Source: the human T2T-CHM13v2.0 reference genome, Homo sapiens
DNA: 64,000 bases
Reading direction: 5' to 3' (one strand)
Assembly (NCBI RefSeq): GCF_009914755.1
Contig: NC_060942.1
Shown: positions 12,603-25,409 of the stretch, in pieces
How positions within the stretch are numbered: the stretch's first letter is position 1
How the letters are laid out: each line of letters begins with the position of its first letter
Made by a program: the position numbers and the translations under genes
The notes under the pieces: model-generated
What the model saw: only the letters and a program-made list of their open reading frames with translations
Databases searched by the model: none
Told to the model about the DNA's origin: nothing

Positions 12603-13541
12603 TGTGAAAGGAAAATAAATCTTGGGACCCTGAACTCACTAAGCTGTTGGAAAAAGTCAACCTGGGAACTTGGTCACACAAACCTGCCTCCCATTTGATT
12701 CCTAAATAAGATGACTACAGAGATAAAAAAAAAAAAACTACACACCTCCCTTACAACTTGCTGACATGGAAATTCCCTGTGGTTCCAAGATCTTCACCCT
12801 AAAACAGTTGTGTTGAATTTCACCCTGGCAATGTAAACTGATAGAGTATCTTCATAGGTACAGGACAAAGGACAGAACTCAAAGTCACTTCTCTGCTCAC
12901 CGGAGACAAATGCATATCTGATTGCTTCCTCTGCCCTATTGTCTACATTATGTTATGTAAAAATGCAGATTCACTGAGCCAGGGCATGGCATAAGTGAGT
13001 ATTCCTCAACATGCCCTCACATGTAAATTGTGTATTCAGTGAAAGGCTCATCAAAGACTCAAAAGATGTAACTGTTTGCCTCTTATCTATCACACCTTTT
13101 AATTTTTTCCCCCTCTTTCCTCAATGTCTGCCCTTTTCTGTTTTTATTTTTATACACATTTTTTGAGATGGAATCTCACTCTGTTGCCCAGGCTGGAGTG
13201 CAGTGCCACAATCTCGACTAACTGCAACATCTGCCTCCCGGGTTCAAGCGATTTCCAGCTAATTTTTGTGCTTTTTATAGAGATGGGGTTTCACCCTGTT
13301 TGCCAGGCTGGTCTCGAACTCCTGACCTCAAGCGATCCACCGGTCTCAGCCTCCCTAAATGCTAGGATTACAGGCGTGAGCCACTGCGCCCAGCCTTGCC
13401 CTTTCCTCTTTAAATATTAAAGCCTTCAAAGTCATCTTTGGAGAAAGACATAGATTTGTCTCCCTGTGCTCATCTTTAACTTTGCCAAATAAACCTCATA
13501 AAATGATTCAGACTTGCCTCAGTCATTTTCATGGATTTACA
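12603..13541 (+). mobile_element. MER4-family ERV1 solo LTR containing an Alu
   Basis: TGTGAAAGGAAAATAAATCTTGGGACCC...GGATTTACA. 4-bp TSD TATG/CATG. Confidence 0.85.
13141..13395 (-). mobile_element. AluS with ~50-bp internal deletion
   Basis: Antisense Alu, with TCAAGCGATT joined to TCCAGCTAATTTTTG. Flanked by TGCCCTTT-like TSD. Confidence 0.9.
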
Positions 13542-15119
13542 CATGTATAATGTGCAGATTGGGATTCAAATTCCCCCAAGACCCAAATATTGAACATTGT
13601 AACCAATAGATGATATCTGAACCCTAATTACCCCGCCCTCCCCCATTTTAGTTTCCAGTGTCTATTATCTCCATCTTTGTGTTCGTGGGTATCCACTGTT
13701 TAGCTGCCACCTATAAGTGAGAATATGCAATATTTGATTTTCTGCTTCTGAGTTAGTTCTCTTAGGACAATGGCCTATAGCTCCATCCATATTGCTGCAA
13801 AGGACATAATTTCATTTTTAAATGCTGCATAGTATTCCATGGTGTATATATACACCATATTTTCTTTATCCAGTCAACTATTGGTGGACACTGTTTAGTC
13901 CATGACTTTGCTATTGTGGACAGTGCTATGATAAACATGCAAGCGCAGGTGTTCATCAATTCTAAATCAAAATGGAGCTCTTGCACCCACACTCAGCCCT
14001 TTAAAAAATTCTATAAACACTGTTTTTAAAATACATCCTAAACAAAATATCTTCTCACTACCCCCATCATCACTTCCCTAATCCACCCTACCGTCTTCTG
14101 GTGTCTGCACCTCAGTAAGAGTTGGTCCCTCACAGCTTCATTACATGGAATAACACTTCCTCGAGGTAAGTTGTGTCCTATTTGCTGGGTGGGATTCTCT
14201 CATCATGGTCCTATGTCCATTCAGGAAAGTGTCCAGAACCATTGTAAGCAGATCGTGCGCCAGGTAGCTGGAAGGGGGAGCAGGTATGGAGACAGTTTTC
14301 CCCAAGGTCTCTTCTACTTTACTTCTTGAATGTCTGCCCTCTATTTAGCTATGTTCCTCCTTTCTACCATGCCAATTTCATCGTGTTTCCAAAGACCAAA
14401 ATTACCTCCAAAAGATTAAAGTTCACATTGTCATCATAGTAGCCATTTATTTGAACCTTTGTTTTGGTTAACATGCAAGTACACATACTAGATGACACGA
14501 CGCACAAGTTACAATAATGAGAAAAGGAGTGAAAAAATACCGATCAATACTTTGGGATCTAAATCATCGATCATTTCTGGATTTGCAAAAGCCTCTTACC
14601 TGCCATTATTGTATCTATACAATTTCACACAGTGATCTCTTTAAGGTTTTATTAAAATTACTCATTTCATGCCGCTCTTTTTCTGTAAACTCTTCTTTAA
14701 AACTTTAAACTTTCCTCATGACTTCTTATTTGGCCAGAGTAAAATTACATTTTTTTAGCTCAAGATGCCTCATAATCTGATCGTGTCTCTACTACTCTGA
14801 CTTTGTCACTTGTCATTTTGTTCATCTCTCTATGACTTCTTCATCCTTTAAAGCCAAACACATCCCTATTGATAATCTTTGCACTTGTTCTTCCCTGTGC
14901 TTGAAACACATTTTCTTTACGTGGGCACATGGCTTGTTTCTTCATTTTCTCAGGACTATATTCAAAGCCACCATTGTACAGAGGTACTCCCCATGTATTC
15001 CCACTAAAATAAAAAGGAACTTTAGTCTCTAATTAAAAATATCTCTATAGTTTTATTCATAGCACTTACTATAATTTCATTTCTTTGAGCATTTTTAAGG
15101 TTTATTATTCAAAGATTCT

Positions 15120-15310
15120 GTTATTCCATAGCTGTATGAAACCAGATGATTTAATTAAGATTTATGTGCCTCAGTTTCCCAATCTGTATAATGGAAGTTA
15201 TAATATTTCACCTTCATAGGGTTATTATAAAGATTACATGAATTTTAGTAGTGTAAACAAAATCAGAACAATATCAGGCACATTGTAAATCCTCAGTAAA
15301 TATTAGCTCA
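15120..15310 (+). mobile_element. MIR SINE within L2 remnants
   Basis: MIR core TGTGCCTCAGTTTCCCAATCTGTATAATGG...CATAGGGTTATTATAAAGATTACATGA. Confidence 0.7.
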
Positions 15311-16215
15311 CCTTGTCGCATATTTGTTACTCTCTTCTATTCCTCATGAGAATCTAAGTTCCCTTCAGGTAAGAACTAACTGTGTTTTGCTCACTGCTTG
15401 TTACATTAAATTTGGCAGTGATAAGTAGCAGCAGGCATTTCTTCTATGAACTCAGAATAGCCAGGGGAAGAAATCCCTATTGTGAAGGGATAAATTATCA
15501 TCAAACTGTTCACTCTTAACAGAAAGCAGAGAAGAGAATAAATTCACCGCCAGGACTAGTTAAACTTCTCTCCATGTGTGCTCTGTCATTTATGTGAAAT
15601 GATCATTATTTGCTTGTGTAAACGTGCAGCATAATACTGGTGCTCTTTCACTTTCTAGTTTTAAATGTCAGTTTTCAGAGAGTCTTTTGGAGAAACATGA
15701 TTGAGATCTGTGGAATCCATCTAGCTTCTGTAATTCTGGCCTAAAAGCTTGCTTCGCCTGGATTAGTGATGAGCCCCAAAGTTAGAATCTTAAACATTGC
15801 CTACATGTGGCACAGTGAGGTGAGGTCATGCAGATTAACGACAACAAAAAAAGTAATTTTATAATTATAAACTCCCAATTATTGCTTGTAATTAAGCCTA
15901 CTATGTAACTTTAAGCGCTCATGATTAAGAGCAGCCTGTTCACAGGGTGACAGGCCCTTCGTAGCAGGAGGATGTTCAGTCCATGACCACAGAGCTAAGA
16001 GGACTGAGCTGTGCTTTTCAGATTCAGGCTGGGAGTATAAACAGAAGACACGAAGAGTTTATTGAAATGGCTATAAAATATGAACAATCATAAATTTGTT
16101 TCCAGTATGGGCTAAATTCATATGTAAAATAAATACATATAGTGTCTATTTTGTAAATGTAATCTCTCTCTGTTTTATCAATTTTAAGTATAAAATTGAT
16201 AAAATTGACCTCTGA

Positions 16216-16533
<318 letters not shown>

Positions 16534-17448
16534 TCAAGTTTCAATGGTTCTACAGAGAAGGTGCAATGCAACAATGTTCTATCCTGCATAATCCATAAGT
16601 TAAAATGAGAACATTATATTCTCATATTTTTTACAGTAGCAAACAAAGATGAGTAGAAAATTTTAATCTCCATTTTAAGATGCAAACCTTATTTGAGATT
16701 TGTTAAGAAAACCATTTTGATGTGAGATACATTTGTTTTGAATAAATATTATTCATCTGTCCTATGTCATGATCAATTTGTGAGATAATATATTTGAAGA
16801 GCCTATATAATATTTTATTTTCGGAGTTAAATTTCTTTTATGTCACCAGATTGTTTATTCCCAAAAAACCACAATTGTTTCTATTTCTATTAGTAATTCT
16901 CTGATTTCTGTAGATGAACTTAACTTGCACTCAGTTTTCTCATCTATAAGATGAAGACAGTAATATTAACTTTGATGATAAATTAATATAATATTTGACA
17001 ACTTTGATGAAAATTAATTTTAAGCATCCATAATATTGGTTTTCATGGAGAACATTTCTCAACATCTCATTTGTACAAAAAATTTTTTGTAAAATTTTGA
17101 AGGATACTTAATACCTGTGGCATGCTAAATACATCTTCAAAACAGTACATGTGTATAATTTATGCTAAGCTTTGTGTTGAATTCTGGAAACACAATGAAA
17201 AATATGACAAAACTCCTGCTCTCAAAGTGTCTCACTTCTAGTTGGCAGGAAGAAATTTGGCAGTAAGTATACCAGGTGGTAAGTATTGTATCTGATAAAG
17301 GTGAAGAACGGGATGTGTGGAGAGCCTAGCGCATGGTGCTATACTTGAGAAAACCCAAATGTTTCATTATGACATAATAATGACATCAGTAGATACATGG
17401 TGGTCCTATTCTCATTCTGCCAAATCTTTGACTGTTTTGTTACTGTTG

Positions 17449-17745
17449 TTTTTTAAGGCAAACTCTTGCTCTGTCACCCAGGCTAGAGTACACAGTGTCA
17501 CGATCACAGCTCACTGCAGCCTCAAGTTCCTAGGCTCAAGCAATCCTCCCACCTCAGCCTTCTGAGTAGCTAGGACCAGAGGCTCATGCCACTATACCCA
17601 GGTAATTTATTATTAGTATTATTTGTAGGGATGGGGTCACTCCCTATGTTGCCTAGGTTGGCCTTCAACTCCTGGACTCAGGCAATCCTCCTACCTCCAC
17701 CTGCCAAAGTGCTGGTATTACAGCCGTGAGCCACTGCACCCAGCC
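17449..17745 (-). mobile_element. AluJ
   Basis: Diverged antisense dimeric Alu with J-type features (CTCAAGCAATCCTCCCACCTCAGCC). Confidence 0.9.
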
Positions 17746-20700
17746 AAAGCCTCCACTTTAAAAAATTGGTTGAATTTATACAATTCTTAGATTCATTTTA
17801 AAAGTCATATTTGAAAACAAATAGAGAGCTATTTTTACCTTAAACTAAAGCCTGTTGGACCAACATAACACAGGTTTTGCTGCATATTACAGGTAGTATT
17901 TTCATTCTCCTACATTTGTCCCTCACCAGGCTAGTAGACAGGGGTATAGAATACAATCAAATAATTTCTAATATGGTGGAATCTCTTGGGAAGTATTGTA
18001 CTGGTACTCAGCAAAATCATTAGCCCTCTCATGCATTATTTAATTTCCTTTCAAAGAAAAGGTGTTCCTTTTTTTATGCCCTCCTCCATCCACTACAGGT
18101 AAAAGTTCTACAATGTCCTCATAATGTTTATTTAGCCTGTAGAAGATCTGAAGCAGGTTGACACGACACACTCTTTGAATTATGATGAGGAAGAAATTAG
18201 TGAGCAAAGGTCTTCTGGCATCCATATTGAGAACTGATCAAGTGTACTCCATTTCACACCCCACTGAATAAAATCAGTGGATTATTTTTTGCACTTACCT
18301 GTTATTCTAAGTCTAAAAATGTATCATTTAGGGAAGTGGACCTGTAGTAATTTGTAGTCTAAATAAATTAGAACACTTTATGTTGACTTCATCCATTTCT
18401 GTTTTAATAAGATACTATCATGAAAATGGAGAATTGTGTTGATGATTATGAGTACGCAATGATTAAATATTTGAGACTACATTATATTTGCCTGCGTTTG
18501 TATCACTCACCCATTTTTTTTTGCTTTGAATTACTCTGCAACAAAAATTGTTACCTCAGAAAGCAAATACTTTGAAACATTGTTCATATAATAAAAATAA
18601 TGTTATTATAATATAATTAAACATCCCATATTTTCTCAATTATAGCACAATGTTTCTCCCTGTGTGAGGCGCTTCCTGCTTACCATCCAGTGTATTTACT
18701 GCCAACTTTCTTCCTCCCAACTAGAAGTGAGATGCTTTGAGAGCAGGAGTCTTGCCATATGTATCGTTTTGTCTTCAGAATTCAACATAAAGTTTAGCGT
18801 AAATTGTACACACAATACATGTTTCTTGGGCTTGGATTTTAAACTGAATGTAAAGGAAATATATCATAGAAGTCAAATTATGTGAAACTGACATTGTTGG
18901 TGTTGACTACACTGTTAATGTATTAGTCATATTTATATTTAACATTTTGTAACATCACACATAGAAGGAGGTTTTATTATAAATAAAATATAATTCAAAC
19001 GAAAGCCTTATTACAGAGATAAAACAAAAGAAATTCCAACTCCCAAGAACAAGTTGCTTTCTAGGAGCTGATAAAGAACTGCTCACACTTTTGGATTGTT
19101 TCCTTCTTTTTTTCTGTCTAACGTATTAAAAGCCACACTCATTCCAATCTCAATTGTTTATTTAATTGGCAGATTTCATAGGAAAGTTGCCCAAGTCTCC
19201 ATAAACTTTCCATTCTACCTTGCAAATGAAGACAGTAGGATTTTGCAAAATGTCAAACCAAGAAAATGCAACAGAGCTAACAGTTCTTAGAACAATGTTA
19301 CAGAATATCCAATTATTCTTCTCACAATTCTCTTCCTGGAAAATGTCAATCAAAGTCCACATTTTGACTGCAGCAGCAATAAAAACCTATTGCGATGGCA
19401 ATTTTTAAAAATGTCAGCAATCATTTTTAAATACATATCAATATTTTATAATGCCCATTTTATAATCATCTAATAAAATAGTAAGCAATATCAATACATC
19501 TGTGATCTTTCTGTAGTACAAATTTAAAGTTAATAAAAATAGAAACTTTCAGCTGGACCATATCTAAGTTTTCATTTATAGGAAAAACAGAGTGGATCTG
19601 TGAAGAGCCGGAGGGAAGTGACTGTCAGGTTTCCAGAAATCTATTTTTAATCAATCATCTGTATAAATTCACGTAGAAAAATTACTTAAAAGAATGTTTA
19701 ATTGAAATCTTTACTGTGACTCTATAATATCAAGTTGTCTGAACATGAAAAGGTAGTGATCAAGCTATGAATTCATTATTAAGATCTAACATGTAGATAG
19801 AAACAAATATTTTATTTGGTACAATTTTTAATACTCAGACTCACACTCTTGTATTGTCTTTTTAATTGGATAGGGCAAAATTATCTTATCAGAACTAACA
19901 ACTTTCATTTGATAGGGCAACTATTTTTAAGGATTTTGATTACCAGGAGGGTTTGATCCATGTCTTATATTGTTTCTTACATATTTGTGCTAGGTATAAT
20001 ATCAAATGTAACATAGAGTGGTTGTTCGGGATGTGGTCAATGCACAGGATTAAAATTTTTAAAAAGGTCAATGTAATTATTTGCTGAGGTAAAGAACTCC
20101 AGACAGTTCTGACATACACTGGCTTATGATCAGGGTTGAATTTTGTGTTCACTAAATGTGGTTTACAGTATAGTCCAGAATATTTTTACCTACGTATCTG
20201 AGATAGAAGTATATATTTTCAATTAATGTTTATGAATCATATTTTAGTGAAAACACAGTTTTTTACCGACTCGTGCTAAAAGCATTTATAGAAGATTGCA
20301 CTTCATGTCCACTTACAAAAATGAACACCACTTTTATTTATATATTTTTGTTTATGTAAAGCTCCAAAGATAAATGTTAAGGCTAACGCATTTTAAGTTT
20401 GCCTGTTAACAACTGCATTAATAAATACATTTTTCTCGCTGGTAAACAGGTCAAGGGAACCCAGCTTGTCATTTGGGAACTGAAACTTGTAGCCGTAAGC
20501 ACCCCTCATTGGGTATATTACCATACCTCAGGCAAAATATGAAAACCAAGTTTTCAGTTCACTGTAAAAGAACTAATGGGTAGTAGATTTATAAATGGGT
20601 CAAAAAATAATGTTTAAAATTATAACTACCTGTATTGATAACAAACTCAAATGAAAAAAAGTACAACATATAACGACAACATAAATACTATCTCCAAAAC

Positions 20701-22990
20701 TATTTCCAATAATCATTACATTCTTAAAATCAAAACTTGTTATTTAAAAAACATATATTTTCCATATTGTTAATGCAAACATATCAAGTATATATCCGTG
20801 AATATTAAAATTACTTTTCTTCTGACATAAAACAAGATTCCTTTAAGTGTTAATAAAACAAAAAAATTATTTACCTTTTCCTTGATTCCAAATCCTAAGC
20901 ATAGCATTTAATTATTAAGTTTATTCAGTAATCTCTGTGGCATTTTTAAACCAAATATTACAATCAGTGTTTGATGGTACATATATCTGGAATTTCATAA
21001 CATCCCTTACTAAAGAGAGCATATAAATTTAATATAAATCATAATAAATGTATGTGATAATAAAATTATCTCCATACTATATAAAAGTATTAATTAAATT
21101 AAGCAATAATACCCAGGGTAATATTTAGGGAAATATTTTTCTGAGGGATTTTGTTTATCATATATAATTAAAATAAGATGATTCATAATCCATTTTTATA
21201 CTTTAATCAAATAAGTTTATTTCCTTATTAAATCAATATTATATTTTAATCACGCACAGAGAGAAATAAAGATTTAACCCTTCAATGTCATTGTGGTAAT
21301 GAAAGCCATTCTTACTGTAATTTCTAGGCAGATTTTATAGCAATGCAGAACTTAAAGAAGAACTGCATATTCTTAAAGTACTTTAACCCAGGATTTATGC
21401 ATATGGAGCATTTACGTTTCATAGAATTTACTCCAAGAAAAGGTGATATGATTTTATTTAGTTTCCACAATGCTGTTGTAACTTATTGTAAGCCAATTAA
21501 CATTTACTGAGAACTTACATTTGATAGAAATGCGTCCAGTCCTTTCTTATACAAGCAGAATGATATTCTCTCTTCTGACCCTCAACAGTCAGATGGAGAG
21601 ATGTGAAAAATCATTAAATATTTTATTTAAAAACTCATGATACAATTTATTCTAATAGAATTTCATTTAACGTGAATAAAAAGCATAGTGTAAGAAACTG
21701 CTTCTTGAAAACAGGAAAGCCTTTGCACATTCGTCTGTCATCTCGCCCCAGAAAAGTTAATTTTATTTTCCTTACTTAAAATATTATCTGGCATCCTGAT
21801 GATGAAGGAGTCTCAGAAATGTAGTTTCCCAGCCTCCATTCCTTGTAATTTGGGGGAAGAACTGTAAGAATTACAAAGGATGACAAGCGTTAATGCAGAC
21901 ACATTTCAACATGGAACACATACTACACAAATACCAAAATCACTGGATGGAAGCCCACGTCGTAGCACTTAGTGGCTTCGCTCAGTATTTTTTTAATCTA
22001 CCCAGTCCTGCAGAGTAGATACTATCCTTTTTGAAGGTAAAGCAGTTTAAGAGACTTAACTGAGTATACTGGGCTCAATCTAGCTTTCAAATAGAATCTA
22101 TTAAACACATGATATTTCTCCCTGTATATAGCTATTGATGACTTATTTGGACTTCATGTATTCATCTCAATATTGAATTACTAGCAATTTTCTCTCACAT
22201 CTCCATTCTAGCATTTACATAAATCATAATATTTATGATTCCTTCACATCTTCAGAGGAGCAATTTTGTTATCACCCACTATGGTACTAATATTTGAATA
22301 TTTCAAAAATATGAAATCTAAACATGTTTGTTTTAAATCAAGTTACTATTAATAGGAAACATTTGACTCAATTTTGTTAATGCTTATTAATTTCTCAGTT
22401 ACCTTCCAATAGTTCATACATAGAAATTAAATTAGGAATGACTCTCTTAAATATAAAACATTTTATATAAATATATTTAAGAATCTGTTTTTAATTATTT
22501 GCCATTTTATACATGAGTATAGTAGAGATATTGTGCTTATAATAAATATGGAAAATTTAGAAAAATAAATGAAGCCAAAACATTAAATGTATATTCATGT
22601 AACAGAACCATTGTGCCTATTGTTAACTGGTTTTAAGAAGACTAAGCCAATTATTGTAATAAACATCAACATTCTAGTAATAAAATAAGCTTCTTGATGT
22701 TACCTTTGCTTCCAATTTTATTTTAAGTATAGGAATTCACGAAGATGCTATACAGGTGGATTTCAATGAATTTTTCTCAATGCAAACAAAGGTAAAATAT
22801 GACATTTGAAACTTATCCTCTGTCATTTTCCCAGCTGCTTACATAGTAGAGAATCTGCTCAAAGTCTCCATGGATCATTGTTGATGTCACAGGTGACTGC
22901 AGAAGACTTAGTTCACATTATAAACACTATTACCTTCACAGATAATTCAGTATCAGAGAAGGTCTTTTAGCAAAGCTTTCTGTTTAGTAA

Positions 22991-23257
22991 TTTTTCTTTT
23001 TTTTTTTTTTTTTTGACACAGTCTTACTTTGTTCCCGAGGCTGCAGTGCATTGGCGCAAAGTCAGCTCACTGCAACCTCTGGCCCACTAGGTTCAAGCGA
23101 TTCTCCTGCCTCAGCCTCCTGAAAACTGGGGCTACAGGCACACATCACTACACCTGGCCAGTTTTTATATTTTTAGTAGAAACGAGGTTTGGCCATGTTG
23201 GCCAGGCTGGTCTCAAACTCCTGACCTCAGGTGATTCACCCGCTTCAGCCTCCCAAG
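22991..23257 (-). mobile_element. AluS, 5'-truncated
   Basis: Poly(T), then antisense Alu body ending at CAGCCTCCCAAG. Confidence 0.9.
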
Positions 23258-23399
23258 TAAAATTTATTTTTTTAATAAAAAAATTGAATGGCCCTTATAT
23301 ATGACATTTGTTAAAATAAGTTTACTTACAGTGTTTTATCATTCCCATTGGTTTTAAACAATCTTTGCCTTTTTGTTTTCAAATAAAAGTGTGTACAAT

Positions 23400-23528
23400 T
23401 GTGTTAGTCCATCTTTGCATTGCTATAAAGAAATACCTGAGACTGGGTAATTTATAAAGAAAAGAGTTTTAATTAGCTCATGGTTCTGTAGCCTGTACAG
23501 GATGCATGGTGACAGCATTAGCTCACCT
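23400..23528 (-). mobile_element. MST-type MaLR LTR fragment
   Basis: TGTGTTAGTCCATCTTTGCATTGCTATAAAGAAATACCTGAGACTGGGTAATTTATAAAGAAAAGAG. Confidence 0.8.
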
Positions 23529-23791
23529 TTTCAAAGAACTCAATTATACTTAGACTTGAAATTATATACCTATATTTCTAAAATTATACTTTTCTCAGGT
23601 TGGAACCACTTGTATTTTGTATTTTAACTTTACAGACTGTCATTTACAGTTTGCTAACTAAAGAGTAACTTGGACTAAATATTCAAAATGCTCAAAGTCT
23701 AGATTATAAAGTGCCAACTCATTTAGATCTAGTTTCAAAAACATTGCTTATTTTGTTTCTTTCATGAAATACCCCGTATGAATATGGATAA

Positions 23792-24164
<373 letters not shown>

Positions 24165-24216
24165 AATTTCATCTTAAGCAGTTTATTTGCTGCTGTTTTA
24201 TGTGAGAACTTGGAAC

Positions 24217-24662
24217 TGATGCAGGTAGGAAGGTCCTTCTCTTCACCCAGGAAAGAATTCAAGGGCCAGCTGACGTGACAGAAAGCAACTTCTATTGAAT
24301 CAGTACTGCTCCTTGAGGAGCAGGGCTAACCCACAGGCAGTGTCGCCAGAGTCAGCAGTCTATGGGGTTGTTGGCAGCTGTATTTATATCTGCTTTTAAT
24401 TATATGCTCATTGAGAGGCATTATTCAGAACTTTCTGGAAAAGGGGCGGGAAATTCCATAACCATATAAGATAACTTCTGTGCAGTATAAGGCAAGTGGC
24501 CACGGCACTGTACCTTTATGCTAATGAGCAGTGAGGGCAAATTGAGGTTGCTTTTGTCACCACCTACTGGTGTGGTTTCTTCACTGCATCCTATTTCCAC
24601 CAGCTCCTGCTTCAATCATGGAGACATAACCGGAAAACAAGTCCTGCTGGCCTCCTCCCTCG
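24217..24662 (-). mobile_element. ERV1 solo LTR, MER83/MER50-like
   Basis: Minus strand begins (C)GAGGGAGGAGGCCAGCAGGACTTGTTTTC and has TATAAATA. 4-bp TSD GAAC/GAAT. Confidence 0.7.
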
Positions 24663-25409
24663 GAATTATTTAAAACTAATCATTAAAATATTAATTAACC
24701 TCAAGTTTTAGTTGCTACTTTTAATTTCTTGAGGATATTATTTTAGAATAGAATGTTTCATGTGGAAGAATTTAGGAAAGAACATTCTTTTCTATACTAA
24801 GTAAGCCTATATTTATTTGTGGCTCTCCAAGCACTGAGTAATCTGATTTTCAAAATGTTGAGCTCTTAAATCATGAAAATAGACAAGCAGATGTTTTATA
24901 TTTTAGGTGTGTATCCAAAGTTGGGGTCATGCATTGTACCTTAAGTAGACTGAAGCAGGAACTGTTTGACAAAGTTTGTGCATTTCTAGCTGTCACTATC
25001 AGACACAGCTTTTTAAAAACAGGACTAAATAATTATTTTCTAACATAAGATAACTTGTTGCACACAGTAAAAATCTGATTTAGTCATTTTAAAAGGGCTA
25101 TGAGTGTCTTTGACTGAATATCTAATTTTTTTTCCACGTTAGACTTAGTTTTCCTAATAAGAATAGAAAAAAAAATCATTATTCAATAAATTACTCATTG
25201 AAGAAATTGGTTAATGGCCATCTCCTAAGAACTATGCTAGAGGTCAGGTGTCTAAAAACAAATATGATCTATTATGTACCCTGAGGAATGTTAATATCTA
25301 GTTACAGTGAGTAGAGTCAATAGAATGATAAATGGGACAAATACAACCATTCGCTGTTAGGTCAATTAATTTTCTTATTGTGTTAGGTTATTTGAAAAAA
25401 AAAAGAAAT

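Larger units (their letters stand above)
12553..13955 (-). mobile_element. Old primate L1 3' end interrupted by a MER4-family LTR
   Basis: Minus-strand ORF 13762-13992 (CMFIIALSTIAKSW...WIKKIW) is L1 ORF2 C-terminus. 3'UTR continues on both sides of the LTR. Confidence 0.75.

Noticed and set aside
4975-13541. Two same-orientation MER4-type LTRs ~7 kb apart, resembling one provirus
   Set aside because: They differ in length and internal structure. The second has its own TSD, and the intervening DNA is HERV-L, L1, L2 and unique sequence rather than ERV1 internal.
14126-14171. Perfect donor GAG|GTAAGT with a possible 30-nt exon
   Set aside because: The acceptor is weak, and such motifs are expected by chance in 64 kb.
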